Source of the DNA: Candidatus Omnitrophota bacterium
GTDB taxonomy: Bacteria; Omnitrophota; Gorgyraeia; Gygaellales; Profunditerraquicolaceae
Direction: 5' to 3'
Length of the DNA stretch: 64,000 nt
Assembly (NCBI GenBank): GCA_028715415.1
Contig: JAQURX010000002.1
Coordinates: forward strand, 119,144 to 183,143
In this document: in pieces, positions 12,001 to 27,000 of the stretch
How the letters are laid out: every line of letters begins with the position of its first letter
How positions within the stretch are numbered: the stretch's first letter is position 1
Made by a program: the position numbers and the translations under genes
The notes under the pieces: generated by a model
The model's database searches: none
Seen by the model: only the letters and a program-made list of their open reading frames with translations
Told to the model about the DNA's origin: nothing

Positions 12001-15000
12001 CGCAAAATTTAATGAAGCCTTATGATATTGCTACATCTTTACGGGAGATTAGGCCGTTTCCTTTGTTCGTGATTAACGGAGCTAAAGATTATAAGATTAT
12101 TGCGGAAATTCCTCAAACACACATTGTTTACGGGAATTTCTCATTACCTGAAGAAGAAAACTTGCGCCGCAAGATAGAGGAAAGGTATTGTGTTGGTTGC
12201 AATTGTGCAGAGAGAGTAGAGGCTGTAATCCGTAATCTTAAAGTATTAATTTTAGAATATGCCAGGTTGCAGGATGATTGGCAGGGGCAGTTGCCAAACG
12301 CAAATAAAGGCTTAATAATTTTTAGCGGTCCGACTTCCGGAGCCTGCCTGTTGGGGAACAATTTACAGACTCATCGGCCCGGAATAAATATCCGGCTTTT
12401 GGACGATAGCCTTATAAACCGAGGATTAAGCCGCGAAGGATTAAGGTTACTGACACTGATGAATAGGCTTCATGAAGAAGGTGAGACCTTAAAATGGAAA
12501 CAGAGTTTGATTCTTGAGGCAGAGACGTTGTTCTTTTTAAGCCTTAAGAAATATGAAAATCAACAGGAATTTCTAAGTAGTTTAGGGCGGGTGGAAAGTA
12601 CATTTGGGCCGCAAGGTAAAATTATGCCAAGGCCAAATTTTGATTATTTCTCAAGTGTGTTTTCGGAGCAAGAAAAATTATTCACATCCGACAGGAATTT
12701 CCAATGGATTGATTTACAGGAAAAAATGTGGCAAATCTTTGAAAACGATGCCGTATACGATAACTCTATTAACTTGGTTGAACATTCAATAAGAATACAT
12801 CAGAGAATTAACCATGTTAACAAAAATAAAAGCGTTGAAATGTACAGGCTTATTGTTAGCTCTGGTTTATCCAGGCAGGCTCAAATGGCCTTGCAACATA
12901 TCATGCTTTCTTTTTACGGTTGTTGGTCTACGGAACAGCTGGATAATCTTAAGGGTATCGTAGAAGAGCTTATCCGTATGTTTGCTAAATTTGATAAGGC
13001 TGCCGGGTTTAATCATTGCTTGGAAACCATAATGCAAACCCAGAGCCCTAAGTCAATTGTCGGGGTTTTGGATGAACTCTGGCATGTAGATTTCTTAACC
13101 AAGTTATTAAGTAATAGATTTAATGTAGAGGTTATTGCATTTAGGGTTATTGTTAAGGATCAAACTGGGAATACGCAGACAGATATCGATTCTGTAATCA
13201 AGCTTTATAATAAAGAAAACCAGGAACTATTGGGAAATTACTGGGTACAATCTTCTTCAAAAAAGAATGGCATAGAAAGAAGATTGCGTAATATGTCAAA
13301 GGTTATAAAGTTTCTTGGTAATCCTGATTCTCATTGGAGCGTTTATCCAAAAGAATCTGAGTTTGTGATGATGGATGAAGAACATTGCTTTATTCCTGTT
13401 AAAGGGGTCTTTTTTACCTTCCAAACATTATACAAAGATTTAATGACAAGTTTCCGCAATTATGCATTGGAAGATGAATTGCCTAGATTAGTTAAGGATT
13501 TGCCGAATTTGAAAAATATACCGATACAATGCTATTTTGTTCCCGAAGCCAGATTTGTTCCCGCTATTGGTTCATTTAAAGCAAGGCCGAAAATATATGA
13601 TGCAGGAGTTGATACAGCCCGTAGTAAGCCAAATTCTTTAATGGGTAAAATGAACAGCATACTAAGAGACCTGCAGGTTCTACAAGCTGATTTCCTATCG
13701 CCTGTTCCCGCAAATATTGATTCTGGAGCAAGAATTAATACTATGAATAGCCGGTTCCATCTGGATTTTGATAGCAGCGAAGAAGATTTAGGGGTTGTAA
13801 GAGGGAAAATTATTTTGCCGTCTTTTAAATTTGTTCCGCTTGATGCGCTTACCGAACGCCAGGAAAGGGCACTTGAAGGAATTGATATCAAATTACAAGA
13901 AGTAAAAGAGATTATTAAAAGAATAGGTTATCCGCAATGGTTGATTCAGGAAATGCCTTGCGGGGAAATTCCCGTAAAATTCAAAGTTACTACCAGCATA
14001 GTACATAATAAATTAGCCAAAGTTGAAATAGCAGAAGGCTATGGGCCTAATTCCATAAGTTTTTCCTGGGCAATGCTTACAAGGGCTCCGCCATTGATCG
14101 CTTTGCTAACCTTTGCCGAAGAAATCCTGCATTTTGTTATTGATGAAGATTTAGAGGTGCATAATGCTATTGATTGCTATGTTGCAAATAACCTTTATGA
14201 TTATTTCTTAAGTGAAATTGAAAAAGCTAAAAGAAAAGGAATAAATCCGCATGATAATTTGTATAAATATCTCAATCGTTCCCGCCCAGTAAGCGCCAAG
14301 CAATCAATGTCAACCCCTCAGCCATATTGGAAGGCAATAGATTTAGTTAATAGTTCACAGTGCCTTCCTCCCAGAGAAAGATTACCCGTCTTAATAGATG
14401 CATTTGAGTTAGATCAAAATAATATAGTTATTGCAAATATTATTGCCCAGGAATACCTGCAAACAGCGCATCATCAATATAATACCCCGGAAGAAAAAGA
14501 TGCTTGTGGGCAAGCTGTGTTTTGGGCGAAAAAAGCTATTGATTTAGGTGGTAAACTCATCCGGGAGAATGAAGAGTATTGTGTTTTCGTTGTATACAAT
14601 CAAAAAAGAAGCTATGCAATTATTTTTAAGGTTCATTTGATTAGCGGCAGCTATAAAGAGGCTAAGAGAGCCGCGCAGAAGATTATTGAAATTGATCAGA
14701 GCGATTCTTTTGGGCATTTAAATTTAGCTGCTGTCTTGGCTAAGCAGGATAAGTTAGGAGAAGCATTGAAAGCCAATGATTGGTTTAAAGATAATAATGT
14801 GGAATTTCCTATAGCGCGTAAACAGCGTTGCGAAATTCTGCAGAAATTACAGAGATTGGATGAGGCGCGCGAGGAAGCCAGGAAATATATTGAGTTGGAT
14901 CCTTATGACCCTGATGGTTATGAAGACCTCTGCCGGATAAGCCTTGGATTAGGTGATTTTGATACGGTTATTGCTGCAGCAGATAAAATTATTTTCTTTA

Positions 15001-18000
15001 ATCCCGATAGTGGCTTGGGACATAGTAGAAAGGTTCAAGCGTTGCGTGCTAAAGGCGAGATTAAAGCAGCCTTAAGAGCCGCAGTAAAGTTCGTAAATCT
15101 ATTTCCCAAAGATTCCATAGGCTGGAGCCAGTTGTGCGACGTGTATTATGATTTAGGTGATATGGAAGGCGCTTTAAGTTCTGCTTACGAAGCTATTAGT
15201 TTAGATCCGTCCAGCCCTTACGGTTATGGACAGTTATCAAAGGTGCTTCATTATTCTGGTTTAGAGTTTGAAGCAGCGATTGTTAGTGCTATTTCTAAGG
15301 CTTTGACTCCTGTGGGCCGGGGTTCTTTCGACAGCCGTTTTAATCTTATGTACATTTTAATTAAGGAATTAGATCTTAAGTGGTTAAACGGGAATATTGA
15401 TTTACAAGAGCGCAAATTTGTCCCGTTGTTTACCCCAACCGTTGAACAAAACGAAGCCATCAACATATTTAATCAGCTTATTGCAGAAGCAATTGAAATT
15501 ATCGGGAAAATGGGGGTAGTTTTAGAACCAGAATTAATCCGCACAAAGTTAAGGGTGGATACATCAAATGGTAAACTCGCTTGCGCAGCTGTAGAGGAGG
15601 CAATAGGAGTTACCAATGCAATTATTATATCTTGGGCGATGTTCGGCCGCGTGCCAAGATTAATCGCTTTGTATACTCTTGTAGAAGAAATATTGCATTA
15701 TAGTAAAAATAAGGATAAGGAAGTCCACGACCTTGTAGATGATTATATCGCAGAAAATATATATGATGATTTTCTGGCGGCTGTCAAAGAAGCTGCTGAT
15801 AATGGAATTGTTGCTTATGATCATTTTGTAGAGCGATATCTTTTAGAGGCACGGACTCGAGTTCTTGCGTTAGGGATTTTAAGAAATCTTCTTTTAAAAA
15901 GATATTCACAAGCATTTGAATCAACATCAAAGTTACTGGCTTATGCTACTTCTGATGAGGCACAGATAGTGTTAAGAGATGCGTCGGACATGTATCCCGA
16001 ACGATTAAATCAAATAGATAGAAGCCTTTTAACTGATACTGAATGGAGTTTTTGCAGAAATTTATCTTTAGGTAATTCTCTCAAGGCTCTATATGCAGCA
16101 GCAGAATTTATCAATAAAGAAAAAGAAAGCCCTGTTGGGCATTGGCTGCGCGCAATCGCTTTAGCCCTTCAAGGACGAACATTAGATGCGTTAGGAGAAG
16201 AAAAGAAAGCAAGAGAGTTTGATTTGCAGAACTCTTTTAGTTCTTCATTCTGCTTATCTCTGCCGGTTTTGGCGCTTTTTGGCATCAATGCTTCAGGTGC
16301 ATTTCCCGTAGCTGTAATTGCTATTCTTGCTATCTTTATTTTAATTCGTCAAGGTAGTTTCTCTTTTGCCCAATACGAAAGTCAATCCTTCCAGCCCAAT
16401 GCATGCGAAAGTAATGATCAGATAGAAGTAGCCTTTTTCAATAGGAAATATTTTACGCAGTGCGGTAAAAATATTTACGGCCTCCATATAGGAGATCAAA
16501 CATATCTTTTTGTGGTTCCTAATACGTTACCAGCCAGCCAAGATATGGCAAGTAGTATCACAAATTTGCGTTTAAGCGGCGGTAATGAAACACTGGATTT
16601 TGGTAACAGTAGTTTTGATATTGAAGATAAGAAATTCCAAAGGTATTTTAAATATCTTTTAAGATTTATGACTCAATTGAGTAGTAATGAATTGAATTAT
16701 AGTGATGGTAAAATTGCGATTAAACTGTCGATTAAGTATGGTTTAGAAAGAACTCAACTAAAAATTGATTTCCCGAAAACAGAATTTTCAACCGATATTA
16801 TAGATATCGAGCACAATAAAATGACTATAGATTTTCATAATTCGCCAAATTGGAGAGAAAAATCTTTAGCAGAAAGAAGTGTGTTATGTTTTATATACCT
16901 CCCGGCAATTATGCAGCGTGAAAATCTTAGACTTGGAGATATTGCATTGGAGCTTCTTTCAAATTTGCATTTGGAAATGCACCAGAAGAAAATAAGTAAT
17001 ATAGGCGTTAGGTGTGTAGATTTTCTTAAGTTTATGGCAGGCCAGCGCCGCGAAAAAGACTTAAGATTGTTATTGAGAAAATGGGAAGATGCAGATGAGG
17101 TATTAGCTGAAAGAATTGCGGCAAAGTTGAATGATGATTTACCGTATATAGATACGGGTCTTGTTAATTTAGTTTTACTAGGTAAAAATCCGGAAGCCAA
17201 TTTCCATAAAGCAATTGCTAGTATTTTTTCCGGTTTTGGTATTTCTTTGAAATTAGAAGAATTAGCTTTCTCGTCAAGAGCATTGCATATTGTTGAATTG
17301 GTGTCTAGAAAAATCGGTTTTAATTTAGGTCCGCAGTCTACTATAAAAGAAGAAAACAAATCAACTTTGTCTTGCCATGCTTGGTCAGTTTTAGCGCTTT
17401 TTGTCGGAAGTTATCAGCAAACATCCGTCATTGAGTTTCTCTGGGCAACCGGACCGCTGTGGGTGGTGGTTGCCTTAGCTGCAGTTTTATTCTTATCGAT
17501 GATGAATTTTTCTAAATTAAATCCTTGCCGCGTACCATCAACCCAAACAACTTTAAAACAGATACTTGATTCTAAGAAGATTGATATTAATTTCAAGAGA
17601 ACAATTCTTTATCCGGATATCCTTTTGCTTCTTTTGGGTGAAAGGCCGGGGTATATAAGATGCGAAGACAACGGTGACCCAGATATAAGCAAGATAGTAA
17701 GAAGTAAGATCGGAAATAAGTTAAGATTATTTAAAGCCGGAGATGTCACTATTTCTATCCCTCTTTTTGTTGCAAGGTTGAAGAAAGAAGGTTTATTCTT
17801 GGTAAAAAGCGGGATTATATCAGAAAGTGATTTACGTGCAATCGTTTCAAATTCAGCTTCAACTTGTAGTTTATTAACCGAACTTCTACTCAAATACAAA
17901 GAAAATGAATCTGATAGCGTTCAATTAGTAAAGTTGTGTGGTTTCATAAGCGGTTATCCTTTAAAAGATATAGAGTATGCGTTGTCAGGTAATAATCCGC

Positions 18001-21000
18001 TTAGAAAAGCATGGAGTTTATACGGCCTTAAGCGTTATTCAGACCAGGGGAGGAAAGAAGCTTTATTTAATCGCTGGGATAAGTCTTTAACTGATGCTTA
18101 TTCTTTATTGGCCAATGAATCATATTTTAATTCAGTAATGCCGGCTCGGGCTTTAGTTGCTTATTTGGGCCTTAAAGTTAAATCTGAGGAAAAATGGATT
18201 TATGTCGCAAATTGGTTTAAACGTTTAGCCGGATTTTTTAAGAATATGAAGTTAGCTGATTTTGAAAGAACCAAATATAGTTCAGATATAACGGATTCCC
18301 ATATTATTATCAATAAGCATAAGAGTTCAGGATGGTCTGCCGACCAATATGATGAGGAAAGAACAAGAGTCAGCGTAAGCGGTGGAGAAATAACGTTTGA
18401 TTACCGGTATACATCGAAAATCCATAGCGGCGGGCATGAAGATAGCTTTAAGGTTGTTTTTAAAGGGAATGTAACTGAGTGCGAAGCAAGCAGGGAATGG
18501 TCTCATTATACTGACCGTTTAACACGATATGGATTTGAATTTACATATAGAGGGCCGAGCCCGCTTGTTGATTTTGTAGGAGATTTAGATAATCTGCGCG
18601 CGGTTGTAACTCCTGATTTCTTAATCTGCTTAAGGTCAGCAATAGAACACTTTGATTATAAAAATAGAGGTTGTCGTTGCCAGGCTAAAATGCTCGAACC
18701 TGTAGAACTTAGCAATATATATTTACCTTTTGTCACAGAAACAGGTATTCAGAATAGCCCTGAGTGGAGAAGAAGGTTTTTATTTGAGCGCTTATCTTCG
18801 CATCCGCAAGAAAGCTATCCGTTTATTTTTAAAGATAGTGCAGCTGATTTCTCTAATTCTTTCTACAGTTTCTCCTTTTTGGCGATAGGGCTACCGTTAG
18901 TTTTTGATTTTCAAATAAGAGTGGTCCATATTATCCTAATTTTAGCTATTCTTATGTCTCTTTTTTATAAGTATGTTGTAAGGAAACATCTTTCTTTGAA
19001 CCAAAGTGGACATAAATCAAATTATTATAAGTATGCCATATTTATTATTGTAGCGTTATTGTCTATAGCCGCCGAACTTTTTTCAAACTATACAAAACGC
19101 ATTTATGACAAATTCACGGTAGTTGTAGTTAATGCTAATAATGTAAAACCATCCGAAGCCGCCACTACTCCAACTGAAACAAAGAGAAAAAATATTCTGG
19201 CGATTGTTGATAAGCGTCTTTCGGAAATGCCCGAATCTGAATTCAAAGAACACGCTAGGAGATTCAGAAGGGCACTTCTGTGCGCATCCTCTTTTGAAGA
19301 AGGGGCTTTTATTACTTCTACTATTATGGATGTTAAGAAGCACAAGGTCGGCCTTTCTATAAATTATCAGGTTTTTGTTGAATCCAAGGCGTTAGCGCAA
19401 AAACTATTTATGGTGGTTGAAGGCCGGCAGCTTTTGAATATTGCCTGTGTTGAGCAACTCATAAATATATCCAATGAGATTCCTGTAGTTCTTGATAAAC
19501 ATAATATTCCCCGCCATGATACTGATGCTATCGTACGTTTTGCTTTGCAAAATTCTGAATTTACAGATTTACTGCGAAGGGTTGCTAATTTAATTGTTGA
19601 TGGAACGTATTTTGGGTACAGGGAGGCCATGGAATTCTTGGTTGCAGAAACAAAAAGAATGAATAATGGTAAATTCAGCCTTTCGGAATATGAAACAATG
19701 GTGAAGCAGTATATTAATTCAGGATCCGAAATGTTTATGTTTGTCTGTGAGGATGGAAGCATTGATACCGGCGCATTAAGGAGCCATTTATTTATAAACC
19801 CGGCCAGTCAAAATTTATTATCAGAATTGATTCTGTTTATTGAAATGAAACGAGTGGGCAGCGATAGCAATGCTTTGACGTCTCCCGAATTTAGTAGCCT
19901 GTTATTCTGGCTTGATTACCCTAAATATTTTTGTGATTATTCTAAGGTAAAGATAGATCATCGTTGGAAGGATAATTCTGACTTGAAAAGAATATACGGG
20001 GAGCAAGGTGATTGGTTTAAAGATTATTCGCCTCTATTTAAGCATAATTCTGATGTTCCTTTGCATTGTTTTGCGTCTGTTCCGCTATTGGCGCTTCTTG
20101 GTCCCTGGTCCATCGGACCGCTGTGGATTGCGTTAGGTATTTTTGCTTTGATATTTGTTCTGCAGTTTACACAGACAAATTCCACTTTTCCTTGTAATCC
20201 TATCGTAAAAACTATTATTGCTGCCACTAGAATACATGCCCGGCAGTCTGAAAGCCTTGCCGTGATTTCTACCTTAATTAAGGAAAGAATAGGGATTAGT
20301 TTTAATATTAAAAGTAATAAATATAACCGTGCTACAGATCCTGTTTCTGCAATTGAATTATTAAAGCTAGCCATAAATCCAGGTGATTCAATCGAAATAT
20401 CTGTCCAAGGAGATTGTTCTATAGAATTATTGAATAAGGTTTTAGATATATTCATCAGAGCCTTTCAGGATCATAATCTTGATGCATTCGGATCATATGA
20501 TCATAGGGGTGATGTATTGCGTTTATCAATAGATAATAGCAGAAATGGGGGAGGTTCTATTCTATCCTGCCACGCTTGGCCTGTCTTAGCACTCTTAAGC
20601 TTTAACTCGCTATGGCTGGCGGTTGCCTTATTTGCATTCTTAGGTGTTTTCTATCTTGAGAAGGCGATTAAGAACCCCAATTTATCAGCTGCTATGTTTA
20701 CACCAACCCGCGGATATGGCAAGCGTAAATTCTGGTTTTTAGATAAATTTAGGTCATATATACATGAATCATGGCACATTATAGCGTATATTATTTTACA
20801 TCCTTTTTCTTCGCTTCTTGGGAAAGACAGGATTACTCTTGAGTTATTAAAGGCTACTTATGGAAGTAATCGTTTTGATCCTCCGAAATCTGAAGAAGGA
20901 TTGTTTGGTGCAATAGGTTGTCTGGCGGCTCCGTTTGGAAATGCCGCTTTTCAGGCATTGCTGACTTATGCTGCTATAGGGCTTTTTTCTGACGCATCCG

Positions 21001-24000
21001 GCATAATAGACTATGTTAAGGGGGCTTTTGTTCTTTCTATTGCTGCGATTGTTGCCCTTGATAATTTTGGCTATCTTTTTATAAATTTTGTCGCGAAAGA
21101 ACCGTCCGCTGATTGGAATAAAGCTTTCTGGATGCTGACCAAAGGGAACCGAGGGCTTAGCGTAATTATAACGTCCGCAATTTCCATTTGGCTTGCGCAT
21201 ATTGGTTTTACGCAGATTCCTTTATTGTTGAACGGAGTAACTTCTTTATCAGTAGTTTTCTATTCCATTATTGTGCTGACATTTTTGCCTTGGACAATAA
21301 TAGATACTTTAATTGTCATGAAATCCGGCAGGCTAGAATCCTCGCTCTTTCCTTTTCGCTTCTGGAATAGATTTGATTCCTCTCATCAATTGGGAAAGGA
21401 TATATTATCCGGTAAAGTGCCTCCAAATATTTATGATCATCCTAATGATACCCAGATGCTTTGGCTGGGTAATGCCGAAGCGGTTTTTGCTTCTTTGAAA
21501 TATCCTCAAAAAACAGAAGAATTATTATCAAAAGTTGTTTCTGAGGCGTTGGCGAGAGGTAAGAAAAGCATTGGTTTTAAGTTAACCATGACTGTAGCTA
21601 TAGAAGAATTCTTAAAAGCTTTCTGTGAAAAAATGTACCTCGGTTTTAAAAAAGAGGAGCAAGCCGGTGGAGAAATAACCTTAACGCTTATACAGAAGCC
21701 GAGAGAAGATGTCTTAAGTATTAAAGGGCACATAGTAAAACCTAATTATAAAATAAAGGTTCTTGGCTCAAATATTATAGTTTGTTTTGCAGAGAGGCAT
21801 TTAAGCAATATTACGAAAAAGCTTTGTTGGAAGTGCAAGTTTCATATTGATACTATCCCCGGGGTTATCGCGGTTAGAGGAAAGATCGATGATGATAGAG
21901 TGTCATATTGTCCTATAGAAAAGCACGACCCTATAATCCTATTTACTGATACTCCTAAAACTAGTACATTCTTGGTCCGAAAAGTTTCTGAAGAAACAAG
22001 GGAACTTGAGGCAAAACTTACCTTTACTGTTCTTTCCGTAAAAGAAAATGGCGAGATAGAATTGGATATTAAATCTTCTGTAGAGACGAGGATAAATATT
22101 TTCTTTAAGAAAAGTAAGGTAGATTCTTTTGTTGTCGGGCCGGAAGATGATCCAGCCCGAACAGTTCCACCTTTAAAGAATCGTCAGGCAAGAGAGGAAT
22201 TAAGGGCAATTAGGAATAGGTATGCTGGAGAAATTTCAGCTTTTGCTGTAACTAATAAATATGACCCATTCCGCAGTATGGGTTGTGGTATTCTTAAAAT
22301 GCTTAAAGAGAAGAAGGTCGCCAATATTCTTAAGGGAGCAGTTATTGCGCGCGCTCCTCCTGAATCAGCTTTAGTAAGTGAAATTAATGAGTTTGAAAAA
22401 AAATATCAAGTTAAAGTCCGCGCTTTAAATCTTGCCCCAAATATTATCGCAATGCTTGCTCCGAACCCTAATCTACAAGATTTAGTCCATGAAGCATCTT
22501 CTTTATCCGGCACAAATGATTTTGTCAGCGAGTCATTAGCTAAAAAATGCGCTTATTATAGGCATGCTCTTCCAAAAATAATCGGCAAGCCCGAGAAAAC
22601 TAAAAAAGAATTTATTGAAAAAGTTAGAAAAGAGTTGCTGAAAAATCCTGTCATCGATATTAGCCAGATAAATATATTAATGCCTAAGATAGAATTCTTG
22701 GCTGAACTTTCCGCTAATACAGAGTTTACAGGCAGAAGTGAACAAAGAGTAGTTGTTGAGCATATACTTGGCAGGTTGAGGGATTTAATTTCTCCATGCA
22801 TTATCGGAGCATCACAATCTGAGAGATTAAGGGAAATAGGCCAGCAGATAAGATGCAGCCAGATTTTGCTTGAAAATATGTGGTTAAAGCGTAAGTTTGA
22901 AGCAATTGCATACAACCGTATGGGTTGGATATGGGGAGTTGCCTTCCAGCGCGAATTTGCTTATCTTTCAGAATATATATTAGCCTTAAGGGTTTTTGGT
23001 TATCCTCAGTCAGCTGTTTCTTGCACAATAGAGAGCATGGATTATTGCCTTGCCCGCCTATTTACAGCGATAGAGCATTTTATCCCTATGTCTTCTTACG
23101 ATGACGATGAATTGCGCAGAAAAGTATTCTCTCGCCTTATGGCTGATCTGGTTGAAGATAAAATATATAGCTTAAGATGCCTTTCCGTTAAAGATAGAAA
23201 CAAAAATCGATGTATTAAAGTTTTGAATGAAATTGATTTTGAGCAAATAAAGCAAGTTATCAAGAATGTAAAAAGAAATGAAATGCTTCGTGAAAAAGAG
23301 TCAGAAAGAAAGTTGGCAGGAGAATCATCTTCAGGATTCTCAGGTGGTGGGTTAGGTCCGTCATTAAGGCTATATCCTCTTCAATCACAGGTTCATTCAT
23401 TAGAACAGCGGTTAGCATTACTTCAGAAGACAGCCGCTATTAAAGATGAACCGATCGATGAAGTCCCGGAAGAGTTTAAGGTTGAGCTATCTACTTTTAG
23501 CATTGATTCTTTTTCTTTGAAGAGTACGATTGTAAGTTTGCAAAATCCGCGGACCTACCGATCTCCAAATGGCAATGTTTTCGTGGATTATTCCGGGAAT
23601 ACCATATTAATCCAAGTAGAAGGGCCTGATGCTGAGCGGGTAAGAGGCGATTTAGATATTTTTAAGATAATCGTTGAGCTGGATAAAAATGGTGGTTATA
23701 AGAAAATATCTACATTTCCCGGATTATCCGGACTAAACTTTAGAACCATTGCAATTATTCTGCAGGATTCAGAATTTAATCAAAGTATTACAAACTTACC
23801 ACCGAGATTAAAAGAATATTTTGTTTTACCAGAAGTAGATGATGCTTTACGCAGACAAGAAGCTTTAGCTACTAAGGAAATACCTTTATTTGAATATCAG
23901 CAGCAGATAAACGCTTTAAAAATAGATGAAGACCTATTGGCTGCGCTTGAGGATTTAAAATTCGCAGACTCTCAGACGATCAGGCGCAAGGCAGTTGTTT

Positions 24001-27000
24001 ACCTTGGGCATCTTGTGAATGAACAAAAACTAAGCGTGAGGAGATTCAATTCATTACAGGCAGAATTCTTCCGTCAGGATGTCCTTGAAGACTTATCTTT
24101 AATCCAGAGGGCATTTCATTCTGATATGGATTTTGTCAGTGGTATATTCCGCAATATCTTCGGCAGGGAAATTGCACCTCAGGAATACGATTATTCAACA
24201 ATAAATATCAGGTATTTTGCCCGCGGCGCAAATAAATTAATTTATCTTGTGAATTGGAAGTTTTACGGTGGAGTTGAGATGCCCGCGTTTACAATTTCTA
24301 CTTTACGCGAATCCCAGCTTGGTATCGGCGATTTTGATGAAGAGAAAATTCAGACAGCAGTAAATTATTGGGAAGAAGCATCTTTCTCCGGTTCATCTGG
24401 AATAGCAAAATTTGGCGCTTTACACAGAGTTGTAGACACAAGAGGCCAGAGTGTTGTTATGGACGCACATGGAGGAAAAGAATGGTGCACTGTTTATAAT
24501 AATGTTTTCTTATTGGCAAAGCAGTTTATCCCGGGGATGCCTTTACATAAGGCATTAACCTCCAGCTATTCAAGAAAGAATAGCGCGTTATCGGCTGCTC
24601 AAAAAGGTTATTTTGATGTTTGGGAGAGAACAAAAGGCGCAGAAGGCACGGGCGTTTTCTTGAGAAATCCTCGAGCAGCTGACATTGTGGTTTCAAATGA
24701 AGATGAAGAGACAATCCAGGCAACGATTATCGATCCCGATACTCTTGATAGAGGTGGCCGGGAAACTCTTAAATCAAACTTCCAGAGGCTTGAGGGTTGT
24801 CCAGCCAGATTTACGAGCCTTCTTAGGCAAAGCTGTATTATTGCACCATTGGGTTTTATTGATTTTTCGGGTCTTACGCAATTTTCATTATCAAGTGTTG
24901 AGCTAACAGTATTGTTGGTTGTATTTAGTATCTTCGCACTTTTGTTTATTCAATCTTTTAGTCAAAATAAAGCAACGATTTTCCCTTCTAATCAGACCAA
25001 TTTAATACTTGATATTGGAGGCGCTTGGCCTACTGCTATCAAGTTAACTCTTCAGCATCTTCATCCCAATGATTTAGTTGTTATCTTGGATATCGATCCA
25101 GACAAGATTGAATTGGCTAAACAGTCTGTTGTGCAGGCAGGGAAATTAAATCAATTTATATTCATTGAAGGCGATGTAAGGGCTCTGCCTATTGAAGTTC
25201 AAAAGTATAGGTTTAATGAAATACATGCCTACAACATTTTAAAGAAGGCTCTTACTGATTTTGATAACGGTAAGATGGAATTAGTTATACGAAGCCTGGT
25301 TCCATTGTTACAAGATGGCGGAAAATTCTATCTTGCGGGTGTTGAGGGGCAGTGCGAGCTGGGTTTATTTAGTAAAGTATTTAGTGAAGAAGGTTTTGTT
25401 TTGTCTAGAGAAGAAAAGGGCGAAAAGGCAATGGGGCATTTTGTTTCTTATGATAAGGAAAATCATTGTTTTTGTATATGGGAGAAGCTTAAGCGAGAAA
25501 ATTGCGATGTAATTATTGTTGGTTCTGGGCCTGCAGGGCTTTCCGCAGGGTTATATCTTTCCAGAGAAGGATATAAAGTTGTAATCCTTGAGAAATCATT
25601 TATCGGGGGGAATCTTATCCTTGCCGCAAATATTGAAAATTATCCGGGATTCTTGAATGTAATTGGATTTGAATTAGCGGAGAACATGAGGAAGCAGGCA
25701 GAATTAGCGGGTGTCAAGTTTGATATTAAAGAAGTAAAAGACGTTGTGATTAATGCTCATAATCAAGAAAAACTGATAAGAACAGAAAATCTGGTATATG
25801 CTGCTAAGGCTGTAGTTATTGCGACAGGCACAAGCTACAAGAAATTAGGATTGGAAAAAGAAAATGAATTTACAGGAGCAGGGATTTCTTACTGTGCTGT
25901 TTGCGATGGGCCTTTCTTCAAGGGTAAGAAAGTAGTAGTAATAGGTGGAGGCAATACTGGCGTAGAAGATGCCTTGCATTTAGCAAAAATAGCTTCTCAG
26001 GTGACGCTAATTGTGAATAAAGATTATCTTAGCGCAGATAATGTATTAATAAAACGTATCCAAGCCCTTCCGGAAATAATTATTAAATATGGCAATAAAG
26101 TAATAGAGTTAAAGGGCGACATTAAGGTAAGCGGAGTAGTGATTGAGAATATTAAAACCGGCCTTAAGGAAACAATTGATGCAGAAGGTGTTTTTGTGGC
26201 AATTGGCGTTAAGCCGAATACAGATTTTATACAAGGATTGGTTAATTTAGATGGCAAAGGTTCTGTTATTGCAGATAAAGGCTATAGGACCTCTCAAGAT
26301 GGTATTTTTGCTGTTGGCAGCGTAAGAAGTGGTAGTTATAACCAAATAATTTCTTCTGCAGGAGAGGGAGCAGCTGTTACAAAGTTTGTTACTGAATATC
26401 TAACCTCTTTGAGTAATTATCCTGCAATACTTTTTGGGAAGTGCGCAGCTCCTACACCGAAGCAAATAGATAATTTTCAAAAGTATATTAGTAAAGCAGA
26501 AGACGAATTGTATGAAGATTTCCAAGATAAAATAGTATTGGTAGATAGAACTAAAACAGGCAAGGTTGCGGATTTAACAACAGTTTCGGGGAAAATCGCA
26601 ATCCTAAAGAATTTAGCTGCAAGGGCTCCTCCGTTTGAAGAAGCTAAGAATTCTTCGTATTTCCAATTCCTTCTTAATAAGATTCTGCTCCATGAGCTAT
26701 CCGAAATAAGCAATCATTCCCATACAACAGCCTGCCAGGAAGATTTCCAGCGGTTTGATGAAGTAATAACTGATTTGGTTTCATTGATTTTTTCTTTTAA
26801 GGAATTCGGGCTTTATCCCGATCATGATTATCTCTTAGGCCTTAATAAACTGCATAATGGCATAGCTGGAGATTTGATTAAGATTGGTAATTTCCAGCGT
26901 AGAGATTTTTCATTTGAAAGGTTAGTTTTCAAAGTCATCGGGTTACTTTCTTACGAAGGGCCAAAGGCGGATTTAATCCATAAGGCAGTGTTTAACGGTT

